Assembly: GCA_963788145.1 (NCBI GenBank)
Contig: CAWBFQ010000014.1
Location: forward strand, 86,954-150,953
Source: an uncultured Chloroflexia bacterium
GTDB lineage: Bacteria > Chloroflexota > Anaerolineae > Anaerolineales > UBA4823
Direction: 5' to 3'
DNA length: 64,000 nt
Below, one piece after another: positions 59,582 through 64,000 of this stretch. The notes below the pieces were generated by a model. That model was not told the origin of the DNA. It worked only from the letters and a program-made list of their open reading frames with translations, and ran no database searches. The translations under genes were made by a program, and so were the position numbers. The first letter of the stretch is position 1, and every line of letters starts with the position of its first letter.

Positions 59582-60706
59582 TTGTACATCATCCAACCCG
59601 TGTTGGGATCAATCCAGCCCGCAGCCAGTCAACCATCCATCGTCCAGCCCGCCGTCACAGTCGCAGTGCTCACTTACATCCCTTCCCTGGACCGGCTATT
59701 TTGAACACCGCCTGGATGTGCTGAAATTGGTCCTGGCCAGCCTGAACGCTCATACCACACTCCCACACGATCTGTTCATTTTCGATAATGGCAGCTGCGA
59801 GTCTGTCGTCGATTACCTGGTTGCACTCGCCATGCCGGCCAGTCGATGACTTGCTGCTCTCGCAGCGCAACATCGGCAAGATCGACGCCCTGCGCATCCT
59901 TTTCAACGCCGCTCCGGGCGAGATCATCGCATATAACGATGACGATATTTTTTTCTACCCCGGTTGGCTGGAAGCTCATCTGGAAATCCTGGATAGCTTC
60001 CCAAAGGCTGGCATGGTCAGCGGCGCTGCCGGTGCGCAATGCTGCCAGGCATGCCAACCAGAGCCTGGAGCGCCTGGCTGCAGAGATAAAACATCTGAGC
60101 GAACCCGCCGAACGGGATTGCTTCGTTCCTCGCAATGACATCGTCGCAGGATTGAGCCTCGCGTGAGCGCCAATCCCGAGATGAATGGGAAGCCGACTGG
60201 GCTGCCAGCACCGGGCGTGACCTGTGAAACATTTACAGGCCACCCGCGACCAACTGGATTTGGTTTTTCGGCTTGGAACCTGCGCGAGATGGCCGCAACT
60301 CAAAACAGGTGCTTTTGTCGAAGCAATCGGCGCAGCCAATCACTTCCAGTTCGTTACCCCCAAAAAGATCATTCTGCAGGCCCTGCCATCCGAATGGACA
60401 GGCAAATTGATGGGTTCGATGATCGAGCTGGACCAGGCAATCGACGATCTGGGTTATCTGCGTCTATCCACCGTTCAGCGCTACACCCGCCACCTGGGTA
60501 ACACCCTAGTCTGATGAAATCCGCAGGAAGCCGATCAGATGGGGCTTTCGGAACAAATTTCGGCGCTGGAAGGATACAGCCAAACAGCGCCTGGATCTGC
60601 AGTGAGGTCAAAAAGTCGCAAGAAGCATTGGCTCTTGAAAATCCCTGGCAGCCGGCGGGTATTCCTGGCGATCTATAAACGCCTGTTCAACATTCTTTAT
60701 AGCTGA
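59582..60706 (+). pseudogene. family 2 glycosyltransferase, reading frame broken at least 5 times
   Basis: GT2 motifs can be followed only by hopping +1 each time: VTVAVLTYIPSLD | GYFEHRLDVLK...LFIFDNGSCESVVDYL | VDDLLLSQRNIGK...AYNDDDIFFYPGWLE | PVRNAARHANQSLERL... | ERQSRDEWEADW... | ...GAFVEAIGAANHFQFV...RYTRHLGNTLV. Coding-like signal continues to 60706. The start is uncertain. Confidence 0.6.
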
Positions 60707-60753
60707 ACTCAATTATATGACCGACTTATCGTTCCCCTAAAACCGGTCCCAAA

Positions 60754-61809
60754 TTGGATGAAATCCGCGGAGACGCATATTTTGCCCTTCGTAATCATCC
60801 CATCTTCATCTGCGGTCACCCCAAATCTGGGACCAGTCTGGTGAGGGCCATCTTCGATTCGCATCCACAACTGGTGGTGTACCCGGAGGAGACGGTTTTC
60901 TTCCGACGCTATCTTCCGCAGGCTGCCGGGTTGGACCAACAGGCGCAACTTGCCCTGGCCGAACGCTTGCTCATCCACATCTTCCGCTGGAACAGCACAA
61001 ACCCGGTCCCCGACCAGCAAGGTTATCCCGACCGGGATTACTCCGCCATCTCCTACGAAGAAATTCGCCTGAAGATGTGGGAGATCGCTGCCGAAACCAG
61101 CCCTGACGGCCAAGATAATCACCACCCCGGAGATATTCTCAGCGCCGCGGTGCTGGCTTATGGAGAGGTTCGGGGGCAGGTCGGCTCACAAACCCGGCAG
61201 GTGTGGGCAAACAACATGCGTTGGTGGGTTGAGAAATCCCCTTACAATGAATATTACGCCGATCAGATCTTTAACTGGTGGCCGGATGCTCGCTGCATTC
61301 ATATTCTGCGTGACCCGCGCGACAATTTTGCATCCTACAGCCGCAAGCACCCGGACTGGAGCCCAGAGTTCTTCGCCGCCAATTGGGCTCGTTCCACCCA
61401 GGCTGGCAAGGATAACCTGGCTCGTTATGGGGAAGGGCGCTATCACATCTTGCGCTATGAGGACCTTGTTCACGATCCAGACAATCGGCTGCGAGCATTG
61501 GCGGCGTTTCTCGGAATCGATTGGAACGCCTCGCTGATTGCGCCCACTCGCGCCGGAGCGCAGTGGAGCGGCAACTCGATGTTCGCCAACCAGTTCGAAC
61601 AAATCAGCGCCGCTCCGGTCGCCCGCTGGAAGGAAAAGCTCGCACATACCGACGCGGCTGTGATCGAGTTAATCACACAGCCGCTGCTGACAGATTACGG
61701 CTATTCGCCCATAGCGCTCACCCAGAGCGGCCTGGCGTCCAAACTTGCAGCCAGGCTACGCGTGTTCACCTGGCCAATCCGGCGCAGGCTTTTCGGGACA
61801 CAGAAGTAA
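60754..61809 (+). CDS. sulfotransferase
   Basis: FICGHPKSGTSLV (5'-PSB) and HILRDPRDNFASY (3'-PB) motifs. TTG start. Confidence 0.8.
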   Translation: MDEIRGDAYFALRNHPIFICGHPKSGTSLVRAIFDSHPQLVVYPEETVFFRRYLPQAAGLDQQAQLALAERLLIHIFRWNSTNPVPDQQGYPDRDYSAISYEEIRLKMWEIAAETSPDGQDNHHPGDILSAAVLAYGEVRGQVGSQTRQVWANNMRWWVEKSPYNEYYADQIFNWWPDARCIHILRDPRDNFASYSRKHPDWSPEFFAANWARSTQAGKDNLARYGEGRYHILRYEDLVHDPDNRLRALAAFLGIDWNASLIAPTRAGAQWSGNSMFANQFEQISAAPVARWKEKLAHTDAAVIELITQPLLTDYGYSPIALTQSGLASKLAARLRVFTWPIRRRLFGTQK

Positions 61810-61857
61810 TTCAAACCGGTTACATGGCCAGCAATAAATTATGTAAGAAACCTATCA

Positions 61858-62988
61858 ATGCCAAACCCATCCAAACAAAGCTCCTCATCCGAAATTAGTT
61901 TTGGCCAACGCCTGAAACTGGCCTATCGCGCCTTGCGTGGGATGGATATTTCCCAATCCGCCCACCGAAAAATCCCGGCAAAACCAGTTCCACCCATTTC
62001 GCCAGACGAAGTCGCTGAAGCGAAGACCTTCTTCCCAATGGAGAAATTCTTCATTTTTGGGCATGCCCGCTCAGGCACAACCATGCTGACCCGCTTGATC
62101 CGCTTGCATCCGGAAGTGCACTGCAATTACCAGGCTCATTTTTTCACCCGACAGCCATTGCTGGAATCGCTTGTCACCAGCGTGGAGGTTGGCGAGTGGT
62201 TGAGCCGCAACAGCAACCGCTGGAACCGGGGTAAAGATCTCTCTCCGATAGTGTTGAGGACTGTGGCAGATTTCATTCTGGAGCGAGACGCCCGCCGGGA
62301 GGGCAAGCATATCGTTGGCGACAAAAGCCCCAACAGCCTGTTGGACGGCGAGGCAGTCCGCCTGCTGTCGAAAGTATATCCGGACGCAGCCCTGATTTAC
62401 ATCGTCCGGGATGGACGCGACGCAGCCATTTCACACCGATTTCAAGCCTTCATCGACAAGCCACAATATCTCGACCGGGAGGACCTGCGCATCCGAGCAG
62501 AATTCTCGCAGACGCCCACGCCTTTCCTGAATGGGGAACGCTCGATTTTCAGCGAGCATGGACTGCGCCAGGCTGCCGAAGGTTGGGTCCGCAATGTGCT
62601 CGAAACAAATCAAATGGGGCAAGAGTTGTATGGTGAACGCTACCTGTCGCTGCGTTATGAAGACTTGCTTGAAAATCCCTGGGAACAGATGCTGCGCCTG
62701 TGGCGATTTTTGGGGGCTGATCCAGAAGACGACAAATTGCACACCGCCCTGCAATCCGAAATGATGAGCAATCCAGACGCCGAATGGCAGCAACAAAAAG
62801 CCAGGGATATTGCCCAACCTCTGCAAAAAGGGAAGCGCGGCGGTTGGCAGGAGATACTGACCGAACGCGATCGGCGCGTGTTCCTGGAAATTGCATCAGA
62901 TTCGCTTTCAGACTGGGGCTATCCACTGGATTCGAAATATCCTTCAGACAATAACGCGGCAGGAGCCATAAGAGCAACGCCATCATGA
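61858..62988 (+). CDS. sulfotransferase
   Basis: FIFGHARSGTTML (5'-PSB) and YIVRDGRDAAISH (3'-PB) motifs. Confidence 0.8.
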   Translation: MPNPSKQSSSSEISFGQRLKLAYRALRGMDISQSAHRKIPAKPVPPISPDEVAEAKTFFPMEKFFIFGHARSGTTMLTRLIRLHPEVHCNYQAHFFTRQPLLESLVTSVEVGEWLSRNSNRWNRGKDLSPIVLRTVADFILERDARREGKHIVGDKSPNSLLDGEAVRLLSKVYPDAALIYIVRDGRDAAISHRFQAFIDKPQYLDREDLRIRAEFSQTPTPFLNGERSIFSEHGLRQAAEGWVRNVLETNQMGQELYGERYLSLRYEDLLENPWEQMLRLWRFLGADPEDDKLHTALQSEMMSNPDAEWQQQKARDIAQPLQKGKRGGWQEILTERDRRVFLEIASDSLSDWGYPLDSKYPSDNNAAGAIRATPS

Positions 62989-63990
62989 AGATCTTAATCG
63001 CTGGGCTTGGTTCCATCGGTCGTCGGCATCTGCGCAACTTACTGACCCTGGGCGAGAGCGACCTGGTGCTATTCCGATCCAGAAATAACCAAGAAACAGA
63101 TGGCGAGTTGACCGGCTTCCCGGTAGAGACGAATCTGGAGGCGGCTCTGGCGCACGGACCTCAGGCGGTGGTTATCTCTAACCCGACCGCTCTCCATCTT
63201 GATGTAGCCATTCCAGCCGCTCAGGCGGGATGCCACCTGTTGCTGGAGAAACCCATCTCGCACACATTGGATCGTCTGCCCGAATTGCAGGCCGCGCTGG
63301 AAGAAAACCACAGCCAGGCGCTGATTGGCTATCATTTTCGATTTCATCCCGGCCTGGAACGTTTGAAAGATCACCTGGAGAGCGGGGTGATCGGACGCCC
63401 GATCTCCGTCCGGGCTCATTGGGGTGAATATCTGCCCGGATGGCATCCCTGGGAAGACTACCGCCAGGGTTACAGCGCCCGATCAGACCTGGGAGGTGGG
63501 GTCATTCTAACCCTCAGCCACCCGCTGGATTATTTACGCTGGCTTTTTGGAGATGTCCAATCCGTTTGGGCGTTCAGCGGCAAGCTGAGCGATCTGGAGC
63601 TACAGGTCGAAGATACTGCAGAAATTGGCCTTCGCTTCACCACAGGCATGCTGGGAAGCCTGCATCTGGATTACAACCAACAGCCCGCATCCCACCATCT
63701 GGAAATCATCGGGACGCGGTGGAACGATGCGATGGGAAAATACCAGTGGGACTGTAAGAATATTCCAGACCGGTTCCAACCAGTGGTTGGAAGAGTCTCT
63801 TCCAGCGGATTGTCTTGATCCACAGGGTTTTGAAAGGAACTACCTTTTTTTGAGCGAGATGCGCCATTTCCTGCAGGTCTGCCGCAGGGAAGCCAATCCC
63901 CGCTGTAATTTTCAAGACGGGAAGCTGGCTCTAGAGTTGGCATTAGCCGCGCTGGAATCACAGGAGCAGGGCAAACTGATTGAATTCTAA
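62985..63990 (+). CDS. Gfo/Idh/MocA family oxidoreductase, frame broken once at about 63720
   Basis: MKILIAGLGSIGRRH and LLEKP lie in ORF 62985..63818. The continuation GTMRWENTSGTV...FLSEMRHFLQ lies in ORF 63625..63990. ATGA overlap with the upstream sulfotransferase gene. Confidence 0.75.
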
Positions 63991-64000
63991 AAAACTGCTA

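Noticed and set aside
60513-60770. Direct repeat GATGAAATCCGC at 60513 and 60757 as a duplication or att-like scar
   Set aside because: Only 12 identical bases. One copy lies in the decayed GT2 tail and the other forms the first codons of the sulfotransferase (DEIR in both). It is too short to separate from chance.
196-63990. Programmed +1 ribosomal frameshifting (prfB-like) as an explanation for the frame breaks
   Set aside because: The junctions share no common slippery or stop-codon context and have no upstream SD-like stimulator. They occur at functionally arbitrary places, including inside Fe-S and helicase motifs. Several sit in homopolymers. Insertion error is far more parsimonious.
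33602-63990. Glycan locus as a horizontally acquired genomic island
   Set aside because: There is no integrase, transposase, IS end or flanking direct repeat. The two tRNA genes (28-100, 15044-15117) are far from the locus borders and have no adjacent integrase. Composition does not visibly change by eye. I cannot compute GC or codon statistics here, so this rejection is weak.

Overview
This 64-kb window is gene-dense bacterial chromosome. The protein sequences look Chloroflexota/Anaerolineae-like, but that is a guess I cannot test here. It holds about 55 protein genes, 2 tRNAs, and no rRNA, CRISPR array, transposase or integrase.

First half (1-33.6 kb), core functions:
- An sdhCDAB operon, divergent from a Rieske / split cytochrome b / subunit-IV-dihaem-cytochrome-c (bc-type) operon.
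- icd, a P-type cation ATPase, corA and rnhB.
- A NERD + DUF3892-like gene pair, and a bacterial eRF1-like (baeRF) protein.
- A GAF-rich signalling cluster with one atypical response regulator and three histidine kinases.
- nth, a type II asparaginase, holB, pcrA, tsaE-tsaB-rimI and a family-4 uracil-DNA glycosylase.

Second half (33.6-64 kb), the most interesting part. It is one almost uninterrupted plus-strand glycan locus containing:
- three sulfotransferases;
- a TviB/TviC-like hexosaminuronate pair;
- a Wzx-like flippase, plus Wzm/Wzt with a C-terminal extension;
- a Capsule_synth-like protein and a SAM methyltransferase;
- a partial nonulosonic-acid (PseB / NeuB / CMP-transferase) module;
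- a GtrB/ArnC-like polyprenyl-phosphate glycosyltransferase, a flippase-like protein and three very large polytopic (GT-C-like) membrane proteins.

Together these predict a sulfated, polyanionic surface glycan.

There is one pervasive oddity. About 19 reading-frame breaks fall in 12 conserved genes, and each one I could place is resolved by skipping one base (+1). They are densest at 58.3-60.7 kb. Sequencing or consensus insertion error is the most likely cause, and it needs checking against reads.

All calls come from reading motifs in the supplied ORF translations and folding RNA by eye. No database search was possible.
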